Shown here: positions 54,266 through 64,000 of the stretch, one piece after another | Layout of the letters: each line of letters opens with the position of its first letter | Position numbering within the stretch: the first letter of the stretch is position 1 | Source of the DNA: Candidatus Limnocylindrales bacterium | GTDB lineage: Bacteria > Chloroflexota > Limnocylindria > Limnocylindrales > CSP1-4 | NCBI GenBank assembly: GCA_038325875.1 | Contig: JBBQJL010000007.1 | Coordinates: 50-64,049 of the forward strand | DNA: 64,000 nucleotides | Direction of reading: 5' to 3' | Translations under genes and position numbers: made by a program | Notes under the pieces: generated by a model | What the model was told of the DNA's origin: nothing | Databases searched by the model: none | Seen by the model: the letters and a program-made list of their open reading frames with translations, nothing else

Positions 54266-54763
54266 ATGGAGGGGGCCGGGGGCTTTGCCGCGCTGACGAG
54301 CGGCGAGATCCGAACCCGACGCGACGGTCTGAGTGACTTCCTCGACGCCTGGGGCGATCTCAGGGTCAGCGACCTCGGTGGACTAGGGACACGTAGATCT
54401 CTCGAGTTCGCTCTCGAAGCGCCCGGTCAAGGTCTGCCAACGGACGTCAAGGTCAGATACAGCGAGTACTACCGCCGCACGAGCGGTGATTGGGATATCA
54501 CCAAGTACCACTACGAGTACTTCGATATCGGCCGCGGCAAACGCCTTGCCTACCACCTGCATGACATCGGACCGCGCAGGATGGTGCCACACGCCCATTG
54601 CGAGGACTCCACGGAGCTGGCCAGTCAGGAGGACGCTCATCACCTTCGAGCCGTCGAGCTCGACTTGCGGGAGGCCCACCAACAGTTCATGAAGTTGTAC
54701 GCCTCCGACAGTGCGCCAGACTGTGCTGAGTTCCTTCCATTGGAGATTTCGCGGATCGGGTAG
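54266..54763 (+). CDS. Hypothetical protein, possibly TumE/DUF6516-like toxin-family
   Basis: 165 aa. KYHYEYFDIGRGKRLAYHLHDIGPRRMVPHAHCED resembles my recollection of the DUF6516 Y-H-[YW]...H...PH.H core. Uses rare codons (cta, aga, agg, ttg). Confidence 0.55.
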   Translation: MEGAGGFAALTSGEIRTRRDGLSDFLDAWGDLRVSDLGGLGTRRSLEFALEAPGQGLPTDVKVRYSEYYRRTSGDWDITKYHYEYFDIGRGKRLAYHLHDIGPRRMVPHAHCEDSTELASQEDAHHLRAVELDLREAHQQFMKLYASDSAPDCAEFLPLEISRIG

Positions 54764-54804
54764 CGTCCAAGGTTCCGACGAAGGTGTTCACCGAGGGCAC
54801 TTCC

Positions 54805-54846
54805 GCCTGGGCCGCCCCGTACCGCGACTCACGCTCGTTCGCGGAC
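54805..54846 (+). repeat. Displaced copy (38/42 nt) of helicase gene segment 53514-53555
   Basis: gcctgggccgccccGtaccgcgacTcacgcTcgttcgCggac vs gcctgggccgccccAtaccgcgacCcacgcAcgttcgTggac. Both encode AWAAPYRD.R.F.D. Confidence 0.75.
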
Positions 54847-54855
54847 TTGAGGCAT

Positions 54856-55197
54856 TCAGCACGAACGAGCTCCGGACGAGTACGCTCTAGGGCCCCGGCT
54901 CCGCGTCCGGACCGCGATCCCTCGGTGAGGAGGCCAGCCGAGCCGGAGCGACCGGGGGGCTTCCCCCGGGTCGACCCGATCGCGGGGACGCGCCATGCGA
55001 GCGACCAGCCACAGACCCACGGCTGCCCCAAGCGCATCGATCCCGACGTCGAGCACAGCCGGATGGCGGGTCGGGCTGAACGCCTGGTGGATCTCGTCTG
55101 ACCCCGCGTACGCCACGGCGATCGCGAACGCGGCGGACTCGACGAGGTGCTCATCGCGCCCGGGCGCCGAGAGTACAGGCCGAGGATCGCCTCCAGC
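54856..55197 (-). pseudogene. VanZ-like C-terminal fragment (last two TM helices), probably a remnant
   Basis: ESAAFAIAVAYAGSDEIHQAFSPTRHPAVLDVGIDALGAAVGLWLVA fits the VanZ E..Q.f.p.R....D...d..Ga..G motif. It is open only from the TGA at 55198-55200 and lacks the N-terminal half. Confidence 0.4.
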
Positions 55198-56940
55198 TCA
55201 GCGCTTCGGGATGAGCGGCGGGGTGACGGCGATGACCGGGGCCGGCGCGGCGGCCGGCGTCGCGGTCGCCAGGGCAGTCGTGCCACGGACGGTGCTCACC
55301 GGCAGCCAGCGGTCGAGCGAACCGGACGCGTACGCTCCGTAGAGCGCGATGCCAGCCGCCACCAGGACCAGCACCACTAGGAATAGCAGGACGCGCCCTC
55401 GGCCGCGGCGCTTCTTGGCGGGAGATCTCGAGGCCTCCCCGGTTACGGTCTGGTTCGTGGTGTCGTCCGGCCACCGGCTGAGTCGGACGACCGTCGGCGG
55501 CGCGGCTAGGGGTGCCGTTGCCGGCAGCCGAGCCCGGGTGGCGGCGACCGGCGTTGCCCCGCCGAACGCCATGGCGGGCACGAGCTGGGGTTCCGGCTCG
55601 GGTTCCGCCACCGCGGCTGGGGAGTCCGCAACCGGTTCCGCCTCTGGGGCCTGGACCTGCGCCTCGGGTGCGTTGTCGGCCACGGCGATCTGGGCCTGAG
55701 CCTGCGCCTCGGGTGCGTTGTCGGCCACGGCGATCTGGGCCTGAGCCCGCGCCTCGGGCGCGCTGTCGGCCACGGCGATCTGGGCCTGGGCCGTTGGTTC
55801 GATATCGGTTGGTGGGATGGTCGCCATGACCGCCGCGGCGAGCGCCGGCTTGACCGGGCTCGGCGTGGCCGATGGGTCCATCGGCGGGAGGATCGACATC
55901 ATCACCGAGACTGCCGTGGCCTTCCTCCAAGCCGTCGACGGTGGAGGCGTCGCCTCGAATTCCTTCGGCGGCACCTTGGCGAACAGCTCGTTGTCGAGGA
56001 GTTCCCTCGAGACCGGATCGGATCCGTTTGCCGCGCTCGCGGATGATGCCGAAACGGTCGTGGGGACGGTTGATGGGAACACGCCGACCAGATCGCGCAT
56101 CGGCCTGGTGACCTCCGGCGCGGATTCGACGGTCGGCGGCGCGAGCTCCTCCTGGGCAACGACGGGCTCAGGCGGATCGGCTGCCCGGGGCTGCTCGTCC
56201 TGTTCAGTGGCGGGCTGGGCCTCGGCCTGGGTGGGCTTGGGCTCGTACGCCGAGGCGACGATCGGCGCGGGCTCGGGCTCGTACGGTGAGCTTGCGGTCG
56301 GCGTGGACTCGGGCTCGTAGGCGAAGCCGGCGGCGTAGGCGAACTCCCGCGCGGGCCTGGTCGGTGGCGGCTGGCTGACGCCATCGGCCTCGGCGCTTGC
56401 CTCGGCCTCAGCGGCCTGGGCAGTGTTGACACTCAGCCTGGGACGGTCGCGACCGTTCGTTGCTGCCTTCGGCGTGCGGTAGCGGCTGCACGTCGGGTAC
56501 TCGCTCGACAGGCAATAGGTGCGCTGGTGAGCCGGCTCGATCGTCGCCGGCTTCAACCCCGCGTGGCAGCGATGCGCCTGGGCGGGGAAGCTGAACCGCG
56601 TCCTCGCGTCATCAGGGAGCCCGAGGTACGGACAGCCCGCGGCTTCTGCGGAGGCTGCGAGGGGCTCGGACTCGGCTGCGATGGGCTCGGACTCGGGCTC
56701 GACCGCGATGGGCTCGGGTCCGTTCGCTTCTGCGATCGACGCGTGGTAGCGGTCGCACGTCGGGTACTCGCTCGAGAGGCAATACTGGCCCTGGAAGGAC
56801 AGGTCGATCGTCCTCACCTCGGACCCGGCGCGGCATCGATGCGCCTCGGCGGGAGAGAGGTAGCGTGTCCGCTCTTCGTCGACCGTTCCGAGGAACGGAC
56901 AGGCAACCGGGCGCGCGGTGATCGGATCGATCTGGCTCAT
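55198..56940 (-). CDS. Single-pass membrane protein with two N-terminal four-Cys modules (CP[FY]LG...HRC...YCLSSEYPTC), long acidic/Pro-rich repeat linker and C-terminal TM
   Basis: The two modules are at aa ~14-66 and ~103-155 counted from the ATG at 56940. 45-nt tandem repeats x3 (AQAQIAVADNAPEAQ) lie at ~55651-55786. KKRRGRGR is followed by the TM helix VLLFLVVLVLVAAGIALYGAYA near the C-terminus. Confidence 0.75.
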   Translation of the reverse strand: MSQIDPITARPVACPFLGTVDEERTRYLSPAEAHRCRAGSEVRTIDLSFQGQYCLSSEYPTCDRYHASIAEANGPEPIAVEPESEPIAAESEPLAASAEAAGCPYLGLPDDARTRFSFPAQAHRCHAGLKPATIEPAHQRTYCLSSEYPTCSRYRTPKAATNGRDRPRLSVNTAQAAEAEASAEADGVSQPPPTRPAREFAYAAGFAYEPESTPTASSPYEPEPAPIVASAYEPKPTQAEAQPATEQDEQPRAADPPEPVVAQEELAPPTVESAPEVTRPMRDLVGVFPSTVPTTVSASSASAANGSDPVSRELLDNELFAKVPPKEFEATPPPSTAWRKATAVSVMMSILPPMDPSATPSPVKPALAAAVMATIPPTDIEPTAQAQIAVADSAPEARAQAQIAVADNAPEAQAQAQIAVADNAPEAQVQAPEAEPVADSPAAVAEPEPEPQLVPAMAFGGATPVAATRARLPATAPLAAPPTVVRLSRWPDDTTNQTVTGEASRSPAKKRRGRGRVLLFLVVLVLVAAGIALYGAYASGSLDRWLPVSTVRGTTALATATPAAAPAPVIAVTPPLIPKR

Positions 56941-57036
56941 ATGTTCAGATAGTACGCGCTGGGGGAAGCCCGGCACCAGCACGATCCGGTCGTCCAGGCT
57001 CAGGGCACAGCCGCCGCCCTCCGCGCCGGGACCGAA

Positions 57037-57381
57037 TCAGCGGGACCGTTCGTACCTGGCCAGCTCGCGAAGAAGCCGATCGATCGCCTCGAGGAACGGC
57101 TCGGTGACCTCGGCCGGGAGGGCATCGCGGATGGAGTCCTTCGGGCCGTAGGCCGACCGGGATCGAACGGCGGCCCGTCGAACGTCGATGAGATCGCCGT
57201 CGCGGAGGACATCCGGGACCCCGCCCAGCTCCCTGGCCCAGCGCGCCGCTCCCCGATCCGCCACCCGCTCCGCGGCGACCTCGAGCAGCCGATCACCCGC
57301 CCGGGCCGCGGCCAGGGCGCGTTCATCGATGAGTGGGATCTCATGCCGTGCGGGGCCACGGGCACGGGTGGCGTCGGCCAT
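57037..57381 (-). CDS. Hypothetical protein (114 aa) immediately downstream of uvrA
   Basis: High GC3. The ATG lies 2 nt after the uvrA stop. No family recognised. Confidence 0.6.
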   Translation of the reverse strand: MADATRARGPARHEIPLIDERALAAARAGDRLLEVAAERVADRGAARWARELGGVPDVLRDGDLIDVRRAAVRSRSAYGPKDSIRDALPAEVTEPFLEAIDRLLRELARYERSR

Positions 57382-57383
57382 CG

Positions 57384-60446
<3,063 letters not shown>

Positions 60447-60478
60447 GTCACGCTCAGTGTAGCCGAACCGGATGAAAC

Positions 60479-60492
60479 AGAACAGGCGTTCA
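60479..60492. promoter_or_regulatory. LexA-type SOS box (aGAACaggcGTTCa)
   Basis: A perfect GAAC-N4-GTTC palindrome lies 33-46 nt upstream of the uvrA ATG (60446) and 38-51 nt upstream of the divergent ATG at 60530. Confidence 0.6.
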
Positions 60493-60529
60493 GGTAGTCC
60501 CGTCGGGCGCGGCGAGGCGGCGGCACCGT

Positions 60530-60994
60530 ATGCTTTCCGGCGTGAGTATCGATGCGCTGATCGACGAGGTCCAGCGGCGGCGCTCGCCCAAGGAGCCGCT
60601 CCACGTCACCGCGATCACGGTCCTCGCGGACGCGGACCTGGAACGCGCCGGTCCCGATCAGCTGGCCCTCGCCCACGCCGGCTGGTCGGCCGTCCGGGCG
60701 GAAGGTGCGACCGACCGGTTCCCGTCGCTGTCCCACCCCTCGCTCGAGCTGGTCCGCTCCGGGATCGACATGTCCGACGAGGTCTTCCTCGCGCTGCCCG
60801 AGGACGACCAGGTCCATCTCGTCCTGATGGGCTTCCTCAGCCTGGTCGGGGAACGCGTCCTCGCCGAGAAGCCGCCGCGGAAGCCGGCCAAGACGCGCCA
60901 GCCGGCCAAGCCGCCGAAGCCGAGCAAGGCGCGGAAGCCGGCCCAGCCGCGCAAGCCAGCCAAGCCGCGCCCGAAGGCGGGTCCCAGCGCCTGA
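60530..60994 (+). CDS. Hypothetical protein with Lys/Pro-rich (PAKP-repeat) basic C-terminal tail
   Basis: 154 aa, high GC3. The tail is [38 protein letters not shown]. The competing track ORF 60472..62838 is in another frame here. Confidence 0.65.
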   Translation: MLSGVSIDALIDEVQRRRSPKEPLHVTAITVLADADLERAGPDQLALAHAGWSAVRAEGATDRFPSLSHPSLELVRSGIDMSDEVFLALPEDDQVHLVLMGFLSLVGERVLAEKPPRKPAKTRQPAKPPKPSKARKPAQPRKPAKPRPKAGPSA

Positions 60995-61113
60995 GCTCGT
61001 TCGTGCCGGCAGAGCCGGAAGTCACGCTGCCGCGCGGTCTCGGGCGTGGCACGTCCGCGGATGGCGGCGGTCTATCCTCAACGGCGATCGTCGATCCGCT
61101 GTCGGGAGGGTGC

Positions 61114-62838
61114 ATGGAGCGAGCACGGCCGCCCTGGAGCGTGCTGACGATCGTGATCCTCGCGCTGTCGGTCGGCGTCCTGGTCGTGTTCCTCGCGGTC
61201 CGGGCGACCACGCCGGCCGAGCAGGCCTACGTCTCGATCGATCATTGGGACTGGTCGCCGACCGGGACGACCGTCCAGTCGGTCGCCACCGAGACGAGCC
61301 CGGCCGACCGCCACCTGGCCGACGACGACGCAGTCCTGGCCATCGATGGGGTGTCGCTCGAGGACTGGGCGAGCGCCGCGGTCGACCCCAGCCGCGCCGC
61401 CCCGTTCACGCCCCGACCGGGCGCCCCGCTCCGGTTCGCGGTCATCCGTGGCGGGGCCCCGACGACCGTGGTGGTCGCCCCGGCGCCGTTCCCGATCGTG
61501 GCCGTCTTCGTGGCCGGCTGGCCGCTCGTCCTGTTCAGCGGTCTGCTCGTGCTCGTGTCGGGGTTCATCGCGCTGCGCCGCCCGGACCTCCCCGTCGCGC
61601 GGGTCCTCATCGTCGGCTCGGTCGGCAACCTCGCCAGTGCGCTCCCGTGGCAGCTCGGGCTCGAGCCGACCGATCTCGTCCGCGGCGGGCCGGGGCTCGT
61701 GTCGTTCGCGTTGACCGGACCGATCAACCTCCTGTTCTGGGCAGCCGCCCTCCACATCATCGTGGTCTTCCAGGCGCAGGCGGACCAGCAGCGACGACGC
61801 TGGGCCGTCTGGGCCATCTGGTTCGTCCCGCCGATCGCCCTGGTCGTGGGCGTGCTGGCGACCCGCGTCTCCAGCTCATCGATCCTGGCCTGGATCGACA
61901 CCTGGACGACGGTCCAGTCCGCGGTCGTCGGCGTGCTCCTCGTTCTCGGCCTGGTCGGGACCGTGATGGCCTACCGGCGGGCCCATCCGGCCCTGCGCCA
62001 CGACGTGCGCTGGATCGCCCTGGCGTTCGCCGTGGCGGCCGCGGCGACCCTGGGCTTCGTCATCGTGCCGATCCTGCTCACCGGGAAGCCGCTCATCACG
62101 CGGCCGGCGCTGGCCCTGCTGGCCCTGCCGATCCCCGTCGCGCTGGCCGTCGCAGTCGTGCGCGACCGGCTGTTCGAGATCGACGTCCTGCGCCAGTCGC
62201 GCGAAACCCTGGTGGTCGCCCGGGAGGATGAGCGCCGTCGGCTGCGACGGGACCTGCACGACGGGCTGGGACCGTCGCTCGCCGCCATGACCGTCAAGCT
62301 CGGTGTGGCCCGGCTCCAGGTCCGAGCCGATCCGGCCGCGACGGAGGCGCTCCTCGACGAGATCACCGGCGAGACCCAGGCAGCCATCGCCGAGGTCCGC
62401 CGGCTGGCCAGCGCCCTTCGACCGCCGGCCCTCGATGAGGTCGGTCTGGTCGAGGCGATCCGACGCCGGGCCGACAGCTTCGTGGTCGAGCCCGGCCTGA
62501 CCGGGGCGTCGCCGCGGATCGACGTGGTCGGACCGGCCGAGCTGCCGAGCCTGAGCGCGGCTGCCGAGGTCGCCGCCTATCGGATCGCGGTCGAGGCGAT
62601 GACCAATGTCGTTCGCCACGCGGCGGCGCAGACCTGCCGAGTCACGATCGGGGTCGGCGAGACGCTCGACCTGGAGATCGTCGACGATGGCGCGGGGTTG
62701 CCGCCCGGCTGGCGGATGGGCATCGGCACGGCAGCCATGCGGGAGCGGGCGGCGGAGCTGGGCGGACGCTGCACGATCGAACGCCGGCCGGGCGGTGGGA
62801 CGAGAGTCGACGCCAGCCTGCCGTTGAGCGCAGGATGA
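61114..62838 (+). CDS. Sensor histidine kinase, NarL/LiaS-type (HisKA_3 + HATPase_c), multi-TM with PDZ-like extracytoplasmic segment
   Basis: EDERRRLRRDLHDGLGPSL (H-box) and the N/G boxes (EAMTNVVRHA, DDGAGL, GIGTAAMRERA). ATG at 61114 is preceded by GGGAGGG. Confidence 0.88.
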   Translation: MERARPPWSVLTIVILALSVGVLVVFLAVRATTPAEQAYVSIDHWDWSPTGTTVQSVATETSPADRHLADDDAVLAIDGVSLEDWASAAVDPSRAAPFTPRPGAPLRFAVIRGGAPTTVVVAPAPFPIVAVFVAGWPLVLFSGLLVLVSGFIALRRPDLPVARVLIVGSVGNLASALPWQLGLEPTDLVRGGPGLVSFALTGPINLLFWAAALHIIVVFQAQADQQRRRWAVWAIWFVPPIALVVGVLATRVSSSSILAWIDTWTTVQSAVVGVLLVLGLVGTVMAYRRAHPALRHDVRWIALAFAVAAAATLGFVIVPILLTGKPLITRPALALLALPIPVALAVAVVRDRLFEIDVLRQSRETLVVAREDERRRLRRDLHDGLGPSLAAMTVKLGVARLQVRADPAATEALLDEITGETQAAIAEVRRLASALRPPALDEVGLVEAIRRRADSFVVEPGLTGASPRIDVVGPAELPSLSAAAEVAAYRIAVEAMTNVVRHAAAQTCRVTIGVGETLDLEIVDDGAGLPPGWRMGIGTAAMRERAAELGGRCTIERRPGGGTRVDASLPLSAG

Positions 62839-62842
62839 GCCG

Positions 62843-63511
62843 ATGACCGCGATCCGGGTCCTGATCGTCGACGACCATCCGCTTTTCCGGGACGGGATCC
62901 GGGCGCTGCTCGAGGCGCTGCCCGACGCGGAGCCGGTCGGCGAGGCCGGCGACGGGCGGATGGCGGTCGAGCTTGCGGCGACCCTCCAGCCGGACGTCGT
63001 CCTGATGGACCTCCACCTGCCGGTCATCAACGGGATCGAGGCGACCCGGCGGATCGTGGCCGCCGACTCGCGGGTCGCGGTCCTGGTCCTGTCGATGTCG
63101 GACGACGACGAATCGGTCTTCGCCGCGATGCGCGCCGGCGCGCGCGGCTACGTCCTCAAGGGCGCCGACCACGAGGAGATCCACCGGGCGATCGTGGCTG
63201 CCGCGGCCGGTGAGGCGATCTTCGGCCCGGAGGTGGCCCGCCGACTGATGGCCCTGTTCGCCGCGCCTCGGATGCGGGCGGCCGGTGCGGACGCCTTTCC
63301 CGAGCTGACCGAACGGGAGCTGGAGATCCTCGAGCTGATCGCCCGCGGGATCGCCAATCCGGCCATCGCCGAGCGCCTCGGATTGAGCCTCAAGACCGTC
63401 CGGAACCACGTCTCGTCGATCCTGAACAAGCTCCAGGTGGTCGACCGGGCGAGTGCCATCGTGCGAGCCCGCGAGGCCGGCCTCGGCCTGGACGAATCCG
63501 TACCAGGCTGA
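62843..63511 (+). CDS. Response regulator, NarL/LuxR family
   Basis: VLIVDDHPLFRDG...VVLMDLHLP... forms the REC domain. The C-terminal LuxR HTH is LTERELEILELIARGIANPAIAERLGLSLKTVRNHVSSIL. Confidence 0.93.
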   Translation: MTAIRVLIVDDHPLFRDGIRALLEALPDAEPVGEAGDGRMAVELAATLQPDVVLMDLHLPVINGIEATRRIVAADSRVAVLVLSMSDDDESVFAAMRAGARGYVLKGADHEEIHRAIVAAAAGEAIFGPEVARRLMALFAAPRMRAAGADAFPELTERELEILELIARGIANPAIAERLGLSLKTVRNHVSSILNKLQVVDRASAIVRAREAGLGLDESVPG

Positions 63512-63709
63512 GCCGCTCCGAGGTGGGGCTGACCCGCTTCCAGCACCGGGCTGGCCGCCGACCAGGCCCGCCGCCCAGGCCCGCCGACCAGGGCCCGCCG
63601 AGTTCCCGGTCCGGTTCCCGGCCGACCGGGACGCCTGCCTCATGACTCGGGATATCAGCCGACCCCATACCTCCCCTATCGGCCGTGTGGCCGGCACCGG
63701 GAGGTTTCG

Positions 63710-64000
63710 ATGGACAGGACGTCCGACGGGGACGCGATCGTTGTGGCCTATCTCGCAGAGCACGGCCCGGCCCTGGAACGCGCGCTGACCACGTTCACTC
63801 GCGATCCCGACGAAGCCGCCGACCTGGTCCAGGAGGTCGCCCTCCGACTGCTCCTCGAGGCGCGTGCCGGACGCGTGCCGGATCGACCGGCCGCCTGGGC
63901 GATGACCGTCGGCCGCAACCTCGCGATCAGCCGGGCCCGGCGACGCCAGACGGCGGAGCGCTCGGCCGATCGCCTGACCCCACCCACGGCGATGCCGTCA
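63710..64000 (+). CDS. ECF-type RNA polymerase sigma factor (5' part, runs off the window)
   Basis: An open frame from the ATG at 63710 (GGGAGG SD) to the window end. DEAADLVQEVALRLL...AWAMTVGRNLAISRARRR resembles sigma-70 region 2. The ORF track does not list it because no stop is reached. Confidence 0.7.
   Translation, partial: MDRTSDGDAIVVAYLAEHGPALERALTTFTRDPDEAADLVQEVALRLLLEARAGRVPDRPAAWAMTVGRNLAISRARRRQTAERSADRLTPPTAMPS

Noticed and set aside
56941-56982. Longer GTG start (MLVPGFPQRVLSEH...) for the four-Cys protein, and a possible leaderless promoter (TACTAT 8 nt before the ATG at 56940).
   Set aside because: There is no way to discriminate the starts from sequence alone. The -35 region is poor. 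I keep the ATG at 56940 as the working start and do not call a promoter.
53874-57036. Calling the lower-GC stretch a mobile element, prophage or integrative island.
   Set aside because: No integrase, recombinase, transposase, terminal inverted repeats or phage genes are present. Only the direct-repeat scar and the compositional shift are visible, so I report it as a finding rather than annotating a mobile_element feature.
60472-61113. 214-aa N-terminal extension of the histidine kinase (track ORF 60472..62838).
   Set aside because: The extension is Arg/Pro/Gly-rich. The overlapping frame 60530..60994 has far better codon bias. The kinase has its own GGGAGGG SD and ATG at 61114, immediately before its first TM helix.

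Overview
This is a very GC-rich (about 70% by eye) bacterial chromosomal segment with actinobacterial / high-GC Gram-positive-type synteny. About 60 CDS are tightly packed, mostly on the minus strand, with many 1-8 nt start/stop overlaps. Most of it is housekeeping: dtd, rpe, rlmN, fmt, def, priA, gmk, rluD, lspA, ileS, ilvE, rpsR-ssb-rpsF, htpX, lemA, a malic enzyme, secG-gpmI-tpiA-whiA-yvcK-rapZ, tatC/tatA, pyrF, recJ, secF/secD, uvrC and uvrA. It also holds a NarL-type two-component pair and the start of an ECF sigma factor. Nine tRNA genes, all on the minus strand, form two clusters: Phe-Gly-Gln-Cys ... Leu(UAA) x2, and Leu(CAG)-Leu(GAG)-Val. I found no integrase, transposase, CRISPR array or rRNA. 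Five places deserve a second look. (1) 22.97-27.0 kb holds a 770-bp repeat-rich non-coding region, a REC-TadZ/CpaE-like ATPase and a Cys-rich repeat surface protein with an unrecognised C-terminal sorting-like signal that a truncated paralog shares. The same stretch holds a duplicated tRNA-Leu(UAA)+flp-3' block and an orphan Flp pilin gene inside the tRNA cluster. (2) 53.5-57.0 kb holds a lower-GC two-gene module (HTH plus a TumE/DUF6516-like protein) bracketed by a 42-nt direct repeat of the helicase gene. Next to it are a VanZ-like remnant and a membrane protein with two copies of a CP[FY]LG...HRC...YCLSSEYPTC four-Cys module. (3) A stand-alone lipoprotein copy of the SecD periplasmic head domain lies next to uvrC. 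(4) A GAAC-N4-GTTC SOS box lies between uvrA and a divergent gene encoding a protein with a basic PAKP-repeat tail. (5) Ala/Pro/Ser low-complexity insertions occur in SecF, an SBP, TatA and the malic enzyme, and GC-rich tandem repeats occur in several intergenic regions. Many long ORFs in the track are antisense or out-of-frame shadows typical of high-GC DNA and were not called.
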